From Octopus vulgaris (taxonomy: Eukaryota), in the NCBI GenBank assembly GCA_951406725.2, contig OX597833.1, positions 48,298,001 through 48,362,000 on the forward strand: DNA of 64,000 nt. The letters run 5' to 3'. This document shows, piece by piece, positions 12,734 through 27,779 of this stretch. The translations under genes and the position numbers were made by a program. Below the pieces are notes generated by a model. That model saw only the letters and a program-made list of their open reading frames with translations, ran no database searches and was not told where the DNA came from. How positions within the stretch are numbered: position 1 is the stretch's first letter; every line of letters starts with the position of its first letter.

Positions 12734-13868
12734 AGAAATGTGTCCTAATTATTACCAAACAGTAGAACCCTTAATCCCATAAATATTACCAAAAAAAAAA
12801 AAAAAGAAAAAAAAAGACGGGACGCTGGTTTGTCGCAGGTGAGATGCAAGAGGAAAGAGTGAGAGAAAGTTGTGGCAAAAGAGTCAACAAAAGTTCGTCA
12901 TCACCTTCTACCGGAGCTTAAGTGTTTCGCTCATAAACACACACATCACCCGGTGTGAGATTCGAACCCGCGATCCCTCGACCGCGAATTCACTACTCTA
13001 ACCATGAGGCCATGTGCCTCTACGCAATATATATATATTCTCTAACTTGAGTCAAGGAGGTCTATATAACGTCCTTGGTTTGTAAAAATGTATACGGTAA
13101 CGTCCTTTATTATTGTTGTATATATGACATAATGCAAACGTGTAGCTTTTCAAATTTTCTTCGGGCGGCCCTAATTACCATGCTCTTCAGCATATGATAT
13201 AACTTCAAGTTTTAAAATAGCTGAATAAGATCTTCGAAGCATTTTATGGGCATGTAATGTATAAAATGTTTTATTGGAGATTAATGTACAGATATAAGTC
13301 CCGCTTATAAAAAAAACCCAAGTTAAGATCCACGGTAGTTCAAATATTTAATACTGGTATTTAATTAAGTACCTATTGTTTGCCACGGTAATGATGCAAA
13401 CTGCCAATACAAACAGCAGGATGAACTATTTAGCGCAAAACTATTAAGCACAATTCATGCGCAATTAAGCCAGCAGCACCTAGTCGAACAAATGCTTCCG
13501 CACATGCGTAATACAATAATGGTGATGTTCTTAACCGTTATATGGGAATATAAATATGTTTGCAAAAAATTGTTTTTGTTACATGTTATTCTGTGTTCTG
13601 AATACTTTTATTTTAATAAATGTTGCTTACTGCAAGTTATGGATGATTATTTTATGACTACATTGCTTTCAGGCTTAGGTTTAGGTATTTTTGCGCCCGA
13701 CATCACAAAACATTGCCGGAATAAACATTGCCGAACAGCAAATCGAGACTCGGACATCGCTTAGAAAATATTTTTCATTTTTAACCTCGTATATAGGACG
13801 CACTAGGGATTTTGACCTTTAGATTTTGGGGAAAAAATGCGAAATATACTCTGGGGTTTACAGTATAT

Positions 13869-13930
<62 letters not shown>

Positions 13931-14122
13931 GCCACGGTGATCACCACAAGCTTTTAGTTTATATAAAAGAAAGACAACAGTGGATATAGAACTTTGTTGT
14001 GTTTCTTTTATTTCCCTTCCATCATCCTTACTCCGAAGAACTCTCCCCTAAACACTGGATACTCCACTATCCATAAGGCAATTTTTCTACTATGCTCTCT
14101 TTCAGGTGCTTCTTTCTTTATT

Positions 14123-14159
<37 letters not shown>

Positions 14160-14274
14160 TTTCCTTCCTTCTTTCCTTTCTTTCTATATACATTGGCAAA
14201 CGATACACACACGCACAAACACGCATACATGCATGCATACATACATACATACATACATACATACATACATACAT

Positions 14275-14307
<33 letters not shown>

Positions 14308-15048
14308 AACATACATACATAGCCCTTTCTGTCTGTTTTCACTGTCTTGTTTTTGTTACAAACTTTGCTTTGCGGGAGCAACTGTTATGTCGGAAGCGTA
14401 TCTTGTTGTGAAATATCCGAAATACGAAGTAGAAAAACTGACCAACAACTGATGAAGGGTCATTTCTTCGTGTTGCTTGTCTTGTTTTCCGTTTGTTTCT
14501 TTCATTGTCCTGAACAACAGTTCATATTCCATGTTGTCGTATTTCACGTAGTTTTCGTATTTTATATTTATTCTACGTTGTTTACATTCCGTGCTGTCCT
14601 GTGCCCATATATGCATGTATAGACAAACATATGTATGTACATATATATGTGTATGTATGCATATATATTTATATATTATTTATATTATTACATGATTAAA
14701 CGCCACGCATCCATTTCCAAGTAAGTTTTATCTTATATATATATTAACTGCGAAGGCACCCACAACAAAATCCCAGGCTACCTTTGTTTAAAGATGCGTC
14801 ACTTCCGAAAAAATGTTTAATTCTCGGAAAAATCTCCCGTTCTCATACTCATAGTTACTTTCTTAACTCATTTCGATTATATTACATACATACATAAAAA
14901 AAGGAAATAATAGAAGGCCATAGAAGTGAAGACATCAAAGTCAGTATTATCTTATTTACATATTATCCATATGATATATAGATATATAAGATATATGTTG
15001 TGTGTTAGTGCGTGTGTGTGTGCGCGCCTGTGTATGTGTGCGTGTCCG

Positions 15049-15128
<80 letters not shown>

Positions 15129-15602
15129 TGTATGTATGTATGTATGTATGTATGTATGTATGTGGAGGCACAGTGGCCCAGTGGTTAGGGCAGCGGACTC
15201 GCGGTCAGGGGATCGCGGTTTCGATTCTCAAACAGGGCGTTGTGTGTTTATTGAGCGAAAACACCTAAAAGCTCCACGAGTCTCCGGCAAGGGGTGGTTG
15301 CGAACCCTGTTGTACTCTTTCGCCATAACTTTCTCTCACTCTCTATTCCTGTTTCTTGAGTCCAGCTGGGGGGGGGGGGAGGGGCATACATACGCCACAG
15401 AAACCGGGAAACCGGGCCCATAAGACTGGTTAGGCTTGAGAAAGGCGAGAAAAAATATATATGTATGTATATATTCTTTTATTCCTTTATTTGCTTCAGT
15501 CATTTGACTGCGGCCATGCTGAAGCACCGCCTTAAAGGGTTTTAGTCGGCCCAAGACTATAGTAAAAGACACTTGCCCAAGGTGCCATGCAATGGACTGA
15601 AT

Positions 15603-15659
<57 letters not shown>

Positions 15660-16576
15660 TAATCCAAACAAGAAAACAAAAACAAAAAAACAACAACGCA
15701 AGGACGTGGAACAAATAAAGTATTATTGGACGCTCAGGAAGAAAGGGAAAACTGCAAAGACGATCAGCTACTCGACTGAAGATTGAAAGCTCCGAATGAC
15801 CCGTCCATGTTTTTTCCTGTCCTTTTTTTGTATCGTCTAACTGTCCTAATGTTTTGTGGCTGCTTGTTGCGTTATTGTTCCATTTTTTGTTTTCTTTTAT
15901 GCTCGGCAGTGCAGTTCAAACTTTTGTGACATTTGGACCTCCATTTAAACGATTAAACACAAGTTTTGTTATTTCTTCACGAAAAAAATACATGGCTTCC
16001 GTGACGACAACACACATACACATATACAAAAGAGACACACATATAATGAATCTCATGGCATGTCAATCAACGCAAACACACGACCGCTATCTGTGACATA
16101 TACACGCACATAGTCTTCGCGTTCTGTAAGGAAAAAAAAAACGTCGATTTTTTTTGACGTACACAATATTTTAATCATTTAGGACTATTTTTAACTGAAT
16201 GTGATTTCATCATTTGGAATTCGTTCATTTCCGTAAAAAGCTTTTATTTATTTACTTTTGTTTTAAAGATGAAAGATGTATGTACGTGTGTATGAAATGG
16301 ACGTGTTTGTGTGTGTGTGTGTGAAAGAGAGAGAGAGAGAGAGAGAGAAAGAAAGAGAGAGGGGGAGAGTGAAAGAAAGAGAGAGGGGAAGAGAGAGATA
16401 AAAAGAGAGAGAGAGAGTGAACAGATGTTTCCATGTATACGTACATACATCAATACATATGTGTACATCTTTTTTGTATGTATGTGTGTATGTGTGTGTA
16501 TATGTGTGTGAGAGAGAGAGAGAGCGTGTGAGTGAGTGAACGTGTGTGTTCTCATGTATAAGTGGCACAAACACAC

Positions 16577-16608
<32 letters not shown>

Positions 16609-17020
16609 TCTATCTCTCTCTCTCACACACACACACACATACACACGTCCATTTCACATACACGTTCATATATCTTTCACTTTTTCCCCTCTTTCACTCT
16701 TAAAACCAAAGTAACAGGTGACTTTCAGGATAAAAATTATTTTACCCCCCCCCCCCAAAAAAAAAACGGCTTCTACTCATGTAAATTGACTGCTATTGTT
16801 TGGATAGTTCCAATTAGATAAGTCCAGACGTTAGATTAAATATATATACATGCATAAGTACCGTAAATTCTCATTCTACAAAATGGCAAACAATTCCGTG
16901 AATACTTTAACGGGCAACGCTGGGCAGTAAGTATAGAATGCTTATAAATCTCTGTTGATTCACCAGAAGCGATATATATATATATCGAAATACCGCTAAA
17001 CGATATATATATCGAAATAC

Positions 17021-17250
17021 CCATTTCTTTACTACCCACAAGGGGCTAAACACAGAGGGGGCAAATAAAGACAGACAAACGGATTAAGTCTATTACATCG
17101 ACCCCAGTGCGTAACTGGTACTTAATTTATCGACCCCGAAAGGATGAAAGGCAAAGTCGACCTCGGCGGAATTTGAACTCAGAACGTAGCGGCAGACAAA
17201 ATACGGCTACGCATTTCACCCGGCGTGCTGACGGTTCTGCCAGCTCGCCG
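17021..17250 (-). mobile_element. SINE family A monomer
   Basis: Full reverse-complement copy. Confidence 0.85.
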
Positions 17251-17466
17251 CGTTCTCCACACTAAGCTGTTAATGTTATATCTATCTTACATTTATTTCG
17301 TAAGATGTCAAAAATTTTTGTCGTACGACTATTACCTGCTCACTGGCATAGTTCCACACCCACCGATTGAAAAATCCGTTAAAAGCCAATTCTTTTTCCT
17401 TTTCATTTTACAATTTAAAAAAAATAATTATCCTTTTTTTTCCTGCTTCCGTTCAGTTTATTGTAT

Positions 17467-17501
<35 letters not shown>

Positions 17502-17989
17502 AGGGCGTGCCTATGTGTGTATGTATTTTATACTGCTTTACTTAAGTTTCGTGCTTGTGGGCGCAGAACCCTGGTACATCGCAAGGTGGACAGTACCATG
17601 TTTCCAAGCAAAAAAAGTCGAATAAAAGTATATTAAATAATATAGAAGATAAAATTCTCGATTTATTAGAATTATCTCCCTTTCTGGAACATACAAGCCA
17701 GTCGCTTGATGGCAATTCGTACTGTCTCAGGACCAGAAGGGGAGATTATTTCAAGAATCAAGAATTCATTAAAATTGATATGCTAGTAAGGAAAAGACAA
17801 CTATGCACATGTTTCTGCCTCGATAGACGTCACCAATACAACAATACAAGCACATGCTGACACACGCATATAATACACTCGCTTGTGTATGTGCCTGCAT
17901 ATGTATGTATGTATGTATGTATGTATTTATGTATGTATGTATGTGTGTATGTATGTATGTATGTATCTGTCTGTCTGTCTGTCCGTCTG

Positions 17990-18088
<99 letters not shown>

Positions 18089-18142
18089 GACTGTCTGTCT
18101 GTCTGCTTGCCTATCTGCCTGCTTGCCTGTTTGTCTGACCGC

Positions 18143-18225
<83 letters not shown>

Positions 18226-18812
18226 ATCTATCTATCTATCTATCACGTATATACATATCCTGTCTTTCTTCTTTTCTTGCTTGATTCTGGTGTATGTTGT
18301 TGGTGGCGGTGGGCATGGCTGGTTAAAAGAATTTTCTTGAAAGCGAAGATATAGGTTGAGGTACTTTGATAGTTAGTAAAAGCAAGAGAACAAGAGCGAG
18401 ATAAAAGGAGGGTGATAGAGAGAAAGAGAGGGGGGAAAGCAAGGAACGGGAGGAGGAAGAGAGAGAGGGGGAGAGCAGAAAAAAGAAGGAAGAGAAAAAA
18501 GATTAAAAGATTGAGTGAAGTAATAATGCATTGGACAAGCGAAACAGAAGAAGGTGTATGTGTCTGTTCTGAAGTAACAAAAATAATTGGTTAGCCAGTA
18601 ATGTCTTGATGTATGAGGCATGCAAACACACGTGAATAAATAGTTTAACTGGCAAAGAACCACAAGAAAAAACCTGTCCAAGCTGGACGTGAGAACTAAA
18701 TAAACATATTATTAACCGGTTTGGGAAGTAATAACGGTCGTCTGGCTGGCTGGCTGGAGGCAATAAGCTGCTGCTAGCGAAACTGGGAGAGAAGGTCGCT
18801 TATGCGACACCA

Positions 18813-18816
18813 AATG

Positions 18817-18887
<71 letters not shown>

Positions 18888-18904
18888 TAATAATAATAAT
18901 AATA

Positions 18905-18945
<41 letters not shown>

Positions 18946-18999
18946 TAATAATAATGATTATAATAATGATAATAATAATGATGATAATAATGATAATAA

Positions 19000-19041
<42 letters not shown>

Positions 19042-19387
19042 TAAGTAATAATAAATAATAATAATAATAATAATAATAAAAATAAATAATAATAATAATA
19101 ATAAAAATAAATAATAATAATAATAATAAATGATAATAATAAATGATGATAATGATAATAATAATGATAATAATAATAATGATAATAATAATGATAATAA
19201 ATAATAATAATAATAATAATGATAATAATGATAATAATAATAATAAATAATAATAATAATGATAATAATGATGATAATAATAATAATAAATAATAATAAT
19301 AATGATAATAATGATAATAATAATAAATAATAATAATAATAATAATAAATGATAATAATAATGATAATAATAATAATAATAATAATG

Positions 19388-19422
<35 letters not shown>

Positions 19423-19436
19423 TAATAATAATAATA

Positions 19437-19480
<44 letters not shown>

Positions 19481-19592
19481 TGATAATAATAATAATGATA
19501 ATAATAATGATAATAATAATAATAAATAATAATAGTAATAATAATAATAACAACAATGATGAATATGATGATGATGATGATGATGATAATAA
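18813..19592. repeat. Long degenerate (AAT)n/(GAT)n array
   Basis: About 780 bp of AAT units with AAAT and GAT interruptions. Confidence 0.95.
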
Positions 19593-19790
19593 TATAAAAA
19601 CGTAACAAATTTCTAGATCTGATTCTTAGAAAATATTGGAAAAACCTGTTTTGCTAAATATCAAAGGTCAACCAATATTCTTAGGGGGACCAGATCAAGA
19701 AATTTGTTCTGTTTATATTTATACTTCATTTTGTAAAGGAAAAAAATTTCGCCATTTCATGACTATTTTATAATGAGTTCATTGGCACAG

Positions 19791-19853
<63 letters not shown>

Positions 19854-20046
19854 GTACATAGGTTTAGAGAAGTAGATTAATTTGTTATCTCCTTTTAACG
19901 CCGATATGAGTGGGAAATGTTTTGAAGAGTAGTAACTAGAACGTTTGAGGGTTGGGTACGTGGAGTATGGTGTGTGGGGAGACGATATTCTTTGAATTTA
20001 CTTTGATCAACTTTGTCATTTTTTTCCTTGGTGTTTTGTATAGAAG

Positions 20047-20200
20047 AACCATCAACGACCTACTTACCGTCACAGCCAACAACTCCCACTTCTACACAGA
20101 TGATATCATCCTTTATTCATTCTTAACCTTCTCCACCCAAGTGTCATATTTCTTCAACCTCGTCACCTCAGGCCGAATTTACACACACCAACCAACCACA
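20047..20200 (+). pseudogene. LINE reverse-transcriptase fragment (CR1/L2/Jockey-like)
   Basis: INDLL.......HFYTDDIILY resembles the INDL...YADD RT core. Confidence 0.5.
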
Positions 20201-20884
20201 TGAAAAGACACCTCGTAAACATTCGTCATATGACGAAGTGTTATCGGCCGGCAGATATCAGCATGGATCAGCGAACGGTTTGTTCGTTGAAATTATAAAC
20301 AAGACTCTTGTTAGATTCATTGGTCTGGAAGCACTTCTGGCTGACGTTACACAACGAGGTCGAAACACCGGCTGTCCCAGAATCCCCCTTTACTAATGAG
20401 GTGAATATATTCGCCACAGAGGCAGTAATGATATTGAGATGCAATATTGATCCCCACTTAAATGTGGATGTTCTATTAGAACAAACTATACTACGGTAGT
20501 TAACATGACAGGAACTCTCATTTTTATATCACTAGAAGGGAGACAAATCTCAGCCTCTTCCAGCGCCGAGACCACCTGATCACGTGATTTCGACCTTGTT
20601 TGGTCTTGTCAATGGTGGGCACTCGACCGCTTGATGCTGGCGGGGAAATAAATCGATATTTCCTCTAGCGGTTGAGTGTCCATCATTGACAAGATCAAAC
20701 AAGGTCGAAATCACGTGCTCTGGTGGTTTCTGTGCAGGGTGTCCAATAATCACCCTCCTCACCAAGCAAGCTTGATAGAGTTGCCAGTTTAGTCACCGAC
20801 GACCCGACCATGCGACAGGTTGCGCTGGATTACATGTTACCAGTAACGCTCAAGAGCGACCTGACCATAAGAGAAAGGCTTAAG

Positions 20885-20944
20885 CCTGAATATAATTGAA
20901 AAGATTGACCATTCAGACTGGACAGCACCGGCGGTCAACGTAAA

Positions 20945-20980
<36 letters not shown>

Positions 20981-21555
20981 TATAATAATAATAATAATGA
21001 TAATAATAATAATAATAAGCTAAGAGTGTGCACAGACTTCTCAATTGCATTAAACGACTCTTTACTCACACACAGTTACTCACTACCGAGCCCAGAAAAA
21101 GTATTTACTAAACCAAACGGAGAGAAAATTTTCTCAAAGTTAAACCTCTCAGTGGTGTACCTTTAAATTCAGTTAGTGGAAGATTGCATACATCTACTAA
21201 CAATCAACACGCACCGTAGACTGTACAAGTTCAAAAATGCCGTTTGGAGTTAAGTGGCACCCGTCATATTCCAACAAATAATGGTTGCGATGTTAAGTGA
21301 TTGCGGCTTCGCCATTGCATACGTCGATGACATTTTGATAAAGGGCAAGTTTCGGGTGCACGCATCAAGGACATTATTGCCGGTGGAAAAGAGCTATAGC
21401 CAGATTGAAAAAAAGGCGTTGGCTATTATATTTGGCATGAAAAAGTTCCACAGGTTCATTCACGGCAGGCGTTTTTGGTTGCAAACGGACCGCAGACCTC
21501 TAATAAACAGATCCAAGAAAGGAATCCCGACACATACAACAAACAGACTCCAGCA
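20885..21555 (+). pseudogene. Ty3/gypsy pol fragment (RT plus RNase H, internally deleted)
   Basis: IIEKIDHSDWTAP...KLRVCTDFS..LN...LTINTH..LYKF..MPFGVKVAP.IFQQIM...AYVDDILI, then HASRTL...EKSYSQIEKKALAIIFGMKKFHRFIHGRRFWLQTD. Confidence 0.85.
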
Positions 21556-22109
21556 GTTTGTGTTGCCCTCCAACCATAAACTGGTACTGGTTTGTTTATG
21601 TCTCCATAACCCAGTGGTTCGACAATACAAACCGATAAGTACCGAAGTCGGTTTGTTCGACTAAACCCTTCAAGGTGGTGCCCCATCATGGCCGCAGTGA
21701 AATAACCGAAACAAAAGAAAGTAAAAAAAAAAAAACTTCTAGAACCTACGATGGACTCCGCCTTCATAGGAGTCTGTTGTCGCAATTTTTCTGCAGCTGT
21801 TTTTCTCTGAATGATTATGGGAACAATTTGCTACAGTAGTTCTCATAATAATTTAATGAAGTTAATTATTTACTTGAATGAATGACTATGAGAAACTACT
21901 ATAGTTACATAGTAACGTTTCAACGCTAAGGATAGCTGCTAGCTGTATGGGACGTTTGACCTGTAATGTACCATTGTGAGCTTCCCAACATTGTTATTGG
22001 TTCTTTCGACAAAACCTTCTCTAGCAAGCAATTGTAGGATATCGTTCGAAACAAAAGTACAAGCTCAATGGAACTGGGAATATACTGCTCAAACATCTAT
22101 TAGACATAT

Positions 22110-22526
22110 CTATTTCTTTACTACCCACAAGGGGCTAAACACAGAGGGGACAAACAAGGACAGACAAACGATTAAGTCGATTATATCGACTCCAGTGAGT
22201 AACTGGTACTTACTTAATCGACCCCGAAAGGATGAAAGGCTAAGTCGACCTCGGCGGAATTTGAACTCAGAACATAACGACAGACGAAATACCTATTTCC
22301 TTACAACACACAAGGGGATAAACACAGAAGGGACAAACAAGGACAGACAAACGGATTAAGTCGATTACATCAACCCCAGTGCGTAACTGGTACTTATTTA
22401 ATCGACCCCGAAAGGATGAAAGGCAAAGTCGACCTCGGCGGAATTTGAACTCAGAACGTAACGGCAGACGAAATACCGCAAAGCATTTCGCCCGGCATGC
22501 TAACGTTTCTGTCAGCTCACCGCCTT
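22110..22526 (-). mobile_element. SINE family A, tandem dimer
   Basis: Two units; flanked by the repeated sequence acatctattagacat. Confidence 0.85.
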
Positions 22527-23577
22527 GATCTATTACACATATCTATTAGACATTATCTATTATATAAAATCCTTTCTGTCTGTCTGTGTGTGAGTGTCTT
22601 CTAGGATCACGGGCATCCTCCATCCGATTGCGCTCAAATTTGATATGTAGATACCGACGGTATCAGGTCTTGAAAAAATTACAAAAATCGATTCCAGGTG
22701 AAAATGCGATCGATAAAGCAGTGGGAACGTGCATTTGTACGCGCAAGTACATCAGCGTACGCGAGAAAAATGCACATGCAGTTTGCGCAAAAAAAGCCGG
22801 CCTGTTTGGTGTCTCAAATTTAGGTTAGATCAGTGTTTCTCAAAGGGGAGGCCTATGGGACGGCCGGACAAGTTGTTTTGAGAAAATTTGGTTTAAATGT
22901 TTGACAACCTAGCACTGTCCATTGGACGTGGGGCGTTTTGCTCGTTCTCTGTGTACGTATAGAGGTTACTCAAATTCAATATATACTGTTGTATTTCAAG
23001 ACAGATTACTTCAAAATGTTTGGAACAGATTTCATTCAGAAGCAAATAATAAGAGTTCTGATCAGAAAGAAATACCACAAATTCGTTAGCATTCTGTTTT
23101 TCAGAGGTTCCGGATGACAAGATACCTATTTCTTTAGTACCCACAAGGGGCTAAACACAGAGGGAACAAACAAGGACAGACAAACCAGTGTGTAACTGGT
23201 ACTTATTTAATCGACCCCGAAAGGATGAAAGGCAAAGTCGACCTCGGCGGAATTTGAACTCAGAACGTAACGGCAGACGAAATATGGCTACGCATTTCGC
23301 CCGGCGTGCTAACGTTTCTGCCAGCTCTCTGCCTTTCCGGATGACAAGATACCGTAACTTGACCAGTAAGCTATTGAAACGTTGTAGGTGTTTGTTATTT
23401 GAAATATCTGTGGGAGATATACAACGGATTCGTGATTGAGGGTCGAAACCTCTGTCTTCACGTTCGTTTCCGTTATCAGCAGAATGTTCACCTAAAATTT
23501 ATTTGCTTAAATTGTCAAATTCGCCATCATTATAGGTTAGACAGAGATTTATGCAAAGCTAACTACACTAAAACCTA

Positions 23578-23690
23578 GGGATTTTTTTGGTTTGAACGGC
23601 AGTTTTTTGTTCTACCAGTATACGAAGTTTAAAAGTGTTTAGTTACCTAGAAATTATGTTAAAAACTGCCATTCAAACCGAAAAGATCCC
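23578..23690. mobile_element. GGGATC-TIR MITE, internally deleted, with 6-bp TSD AACCTA
   Basis: aaccta|gggat...gatccc|aaccta. Confidence 0.85.
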
Positions 23691-25992
23691 AACCTAGTTG
23701 CACACATACATAAATAAGCAAATATAAAAAATGTACACAGAAACAAAAATCATTTAAATATGTGTATATATGTATATGTTTCAATAAGCAAATGTGTGTG
23801 TGTGTGTGTGTGTGTTCAGGGAGAAATACCAGTTTTTCTGATCTAAATAAACCTATTCAATTCCAATCTCTGTGTCCCAGTTCGGCTGTAACACAGGTAT
23901 ATATTCGCGATACTTGTAAAATAAACAGACAGTTTCTTCTGAGGTTTTCAGATAGCTTACTTCTGTTAATCTTAGCAACTTTGCCGAGATTTCGTTTTCA
24001 CGCCCCCACCTCGCCCATATTAGCAAACCATTTCACGCGAGCCTTGCACCATATACCTTCCTCTTTTCACAGACCTAGTGGCAGACTACTCTAGGCTGAA
24101 CAAGAGATTTTCGATACAAACTCACCCACGATACAAACTTTCGTATTTTCTTTCAAGTTATGTAAGCAATTATGTAACTTCGTAACAGCTGAATAAAATC
24201 TTCAATTAGTATAGACTGTCTTTTGTCAATTCTTTTCAATACATCTTGACATCATTAACTTGTCACGCTTTATTTGTTATAGCTTACCTGTTACACATCT
24301 ATATTTGCAGTTTCCTCCCTTATAATTTCTGAATGTGAAAAATGGCTCTGGTAAAAATTAGTAGGAACTGCGAAGATTTTTCGCGAGATTTCGGTCCAAG
24401 ATAAAAAAAAATTCTTACTGCTTAGGTTCTCTAAAAACCACGATACTCTTTACTCTTTTACTTGTTTTAGTCATTTGACTGCGGCTATGCTGGAGCACTG
24501 CCTTTAGCCGAGCAAATCGACCCCGGGACTTATTCTCTGTAAGCCCAGTACTTATTCTATCGGTCTCTTTTGCCGAACCGTTAAGTGACGGGGACATAAA
24601 CACACCAGCATCGGTTGTCAAGCAATGTTAGAGGGACCAACACAGACACACACACCATATATACGATGGGCTCTGAGTTTCCGTCTACCAAATCCACTCA
24701 CAACGCTATGGTCGGCCCGAGGCTATAGTAGAAGACACTTGTCCAAGATGCCACGTAGTGGGACTGAACCCGGAAACATGTAGTTGGTAAGCAAGCTACT
24801 TACCACACAGCCACTCCTGCGCCTATGATCCATAAATATTCGGAAAATGTTTTGTTTATTTTTTGCTTCACTCATAATTTTCTCTGTCATCGTGGCGTGT
24901 ATCCTCAGTGTTTAATGTAGCTGTTAACTCGATATTGTTTGTTCCTTCTCGAGCCTTGCCTGGCTCATAAGGGCCGGTTTCCCGGTTTTCTTGACGTATA
25001 GGTTCCCCACCTGGACGGGACACCGGTCCGTCGCAGGTGAGCTGCTAGATGCAGGAGGAAAGAGTGAGAGAAATTAGTGGCGAAAGAGTCAGCAGAAGTT
25101 CGCCGTTACCTTCTGCCAGAGCTGCGTGAAGCTTAGGTGTTTTCACTCATAAACACACACATCACCCGGTCTGAGATTCGAACCCGCGATCCCTCGACCG
25201 CGAGTCCGCTGCTCTAACCACTAGACCATACGATAGAAAGTTGTGGCGAAAGAGTCAGCAGAAGTTCGCCATTACCTTCTGCCGGAGCTGCGTGAAGCTT
25301 AGGTGTTTTGCTCATAAACACACACATCACTCGGTTTGAGATTCGAACCCACGATCCCTCGACCGCGAGTCCGCTACTCTAACCACTAGGCCATGAGCCT
25401 CCACTAACTCGATATTAATGCTGTCTCAGTAATTTCCTATAATCTTTTGTCTGTTGACTCTTTTGATTTGTATTTTACATAGGGTGGGTGACCCACATAG
25501 CCATTCCATGTAAAACAAAAAATCCTAGTATATATTTATGATTAAATATTATAAAGAATTGTATAAAAAATGTTTTAAATATTTCGTGTATTTTAGAAAT
25601 GTAACCATTTATTCACATAAATTTTAACAGCAAAATCTTATGCGGACCCTCAAAGGTCATGTGGACCCCGGTTGAGAACGACCGGTCTATCTAAACAGAA
25701 GTTCCTAATTTGTTTCTCTTATTGCTTACCCTCTCTTTTATTTGTTTCGGTCATTTGACTGCTGCCATGCTGGAGCACCACCTTTAGTCGAACAAATCGA
25801 CACCAGGAATTATTCTTTGTAAGTCTAGTATTTATTATATTGATGTCTTTTGTCGAACCGCTAAGTTACATGGGACATAAACGCACCAATATCAGTTGTC
25901 GAGGGACGATGGGGACAAGCACAGACACACAAATATATATATTTAGGGCAAATTTTAGCTACTTTTCCGCAGATGGAAAAGAGTGATAAACA

Positions 25993-26035
25993 ACCTTCAT
26001 CGATTTTCGAACCTTACTGGGTTCTCATCAGAGGT
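25993..26035 (-). ncRNA. Minimal type I hammerhead-ribozyme motif with a variant at U16.1
   Basis: acct-CTGATGA-gaacc cagtaa ggttc-GAAA-atcgat-GA-aggt; stems I and II pair, stem III is palindromic. Confidence 0.55.
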
Positions 26036-27664
26036 GTCTAGATCATTCTGACAATCTAGACACAATCAGCCAATCTGCTTATATACTCATCCCATGCAGC
26101 AGTTACTCTATGAAGAAATCCCTAATTTGCATATCGAAAGTGGACTTTATAGTATTTATTGACAAGATACAGTGTACATAAACCTACAATTGGGCCCCTA
26201 GACCCGTGAGCCTGCAACCCTCGGCAACTGCCCAGTATACCCATGCACCGACTGCTACACCACTCTGGTCGTACATGACACATTTCTATACAGCAACTCC
26301 AATTTATATCCCATGCTTCTACTTTCTGTTCTATAACACGACTTCCTGTCTCTACAGCAGCAGAATTTTTCTCTGTCATACTAATTATTTGTAACTCTTC
26401 TTGTAGCAGCTCGGTTGAGAAAAGAGGAGGGTGGTAGACCTAGGTTTAGCAGACCTGTCGCTATAAGTTTTCTAAATTTTCTATAGTGCTGCTGAAACGC
26501 CAAGGAAAATGAAACGATACTTGGTAAGGGGAGGTCATTCTCAAAGTCTGTCTGTGCCGGTGGTCACACTTTTAAATACATACACTCAATAACAGGCACT
26601 CACGCGAATTGGCCAAGGGAAAAACAGCTCTTTAGATTTCTCTCGCCTCTCCTATGTTTTAATGCAACTGTCAACTGGGAATTCTTCAAGAATATCAAGA
26701 GCGTCCATTTCACATAATCATATAGTTGCTTTCTTAAGGTGAAGCAACACGCGCACGAATACGCGCGAGCACGCACTCAAAAGATACTGGCATGGGGTGT
26801 TTGGTTTGGAGGCTCGCTTTACAACTACGTAGTTTCTGGTTCAGCTCCACTGTGCGACACTTTAGGCAAAGTATCTTCTTCGTTTTTGTTTAGACTGTAA
26901 GATAAGACTTAAGGGAGATGTAGTTGCTATATCTAGGAGTCACAGCGACAACATAAAGTCTTTCTCGTTGGTTCCATAGACTCCTACGTTTTGTTTTAAT
27001 GTTTAATACTTATTTGGAGATTATTTTGCACTACTTTGAACATGTATTATCGTTTAGCGATTTGAAACTTTATATCGAAGAAATAATTGTCGTCTTGTTC
27101 TTGAAATATTTGGAAATCCCATTTTTTTAAAGAGTATTTTAAGCAAATTGCTGTGAAAAAAAATTAAGTTAAGTTTTTAAGAAGTAGAACTTTAATAGTG
27201 AGATCTACAAAGAAAATTCGTATTTGGAAAAAAAGAGAAAATGTTAGAATTATCTCCCTTGTTTAATAAAGGGAGGTAACTAATATTTTGTGACGTTTCA
27301 CAGAGGTGTTGAAAGGATGGTAGTGCTGGAAAGCAGATTCAAGTATTGAACACTCTCCGTCTTATGAAGTCTGAACTGAAAATAAAGACCCAATGATCAA
27401 GCGGATTAAGGATTTTAATGTATGGCTGTCATTGCTTTTGCTTTCTCAGTTCACTGCAGGACTTCAACCATAAAATTATTTAATATATTCCACAGTAGTG
27501 AACTGTTTTTAATTATGGTACTATTTTGTATCTAAGTAAACAACTAAAAATTATATATATATATATAAACGCATATGTGTATATATATATACGTATATAA
27601 TATACGTGTATGTATGTATGTATATGAATGTATATATATATATATATATATATATGAATATATA

Positions 27665-27704
<40 letters not shown>

Positions 27705-27779
27705 GTATATATATTATGTATGTATATATATATATGTATGTATGTATGTATATATATATGTAACCAGCCCACTTATGCA

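Noticed and set aside
18774-19608. 260-aa and 216-aa ORFs
   Set aside because: Poly-I/L/Y translations of the (AAT)n array
26060-26750. Unique sequence upstream of the 25993 hammerhead as a possible Penelope ORF
   Set aside because: No GIY-YIG or RT motifs seen on the minus strand
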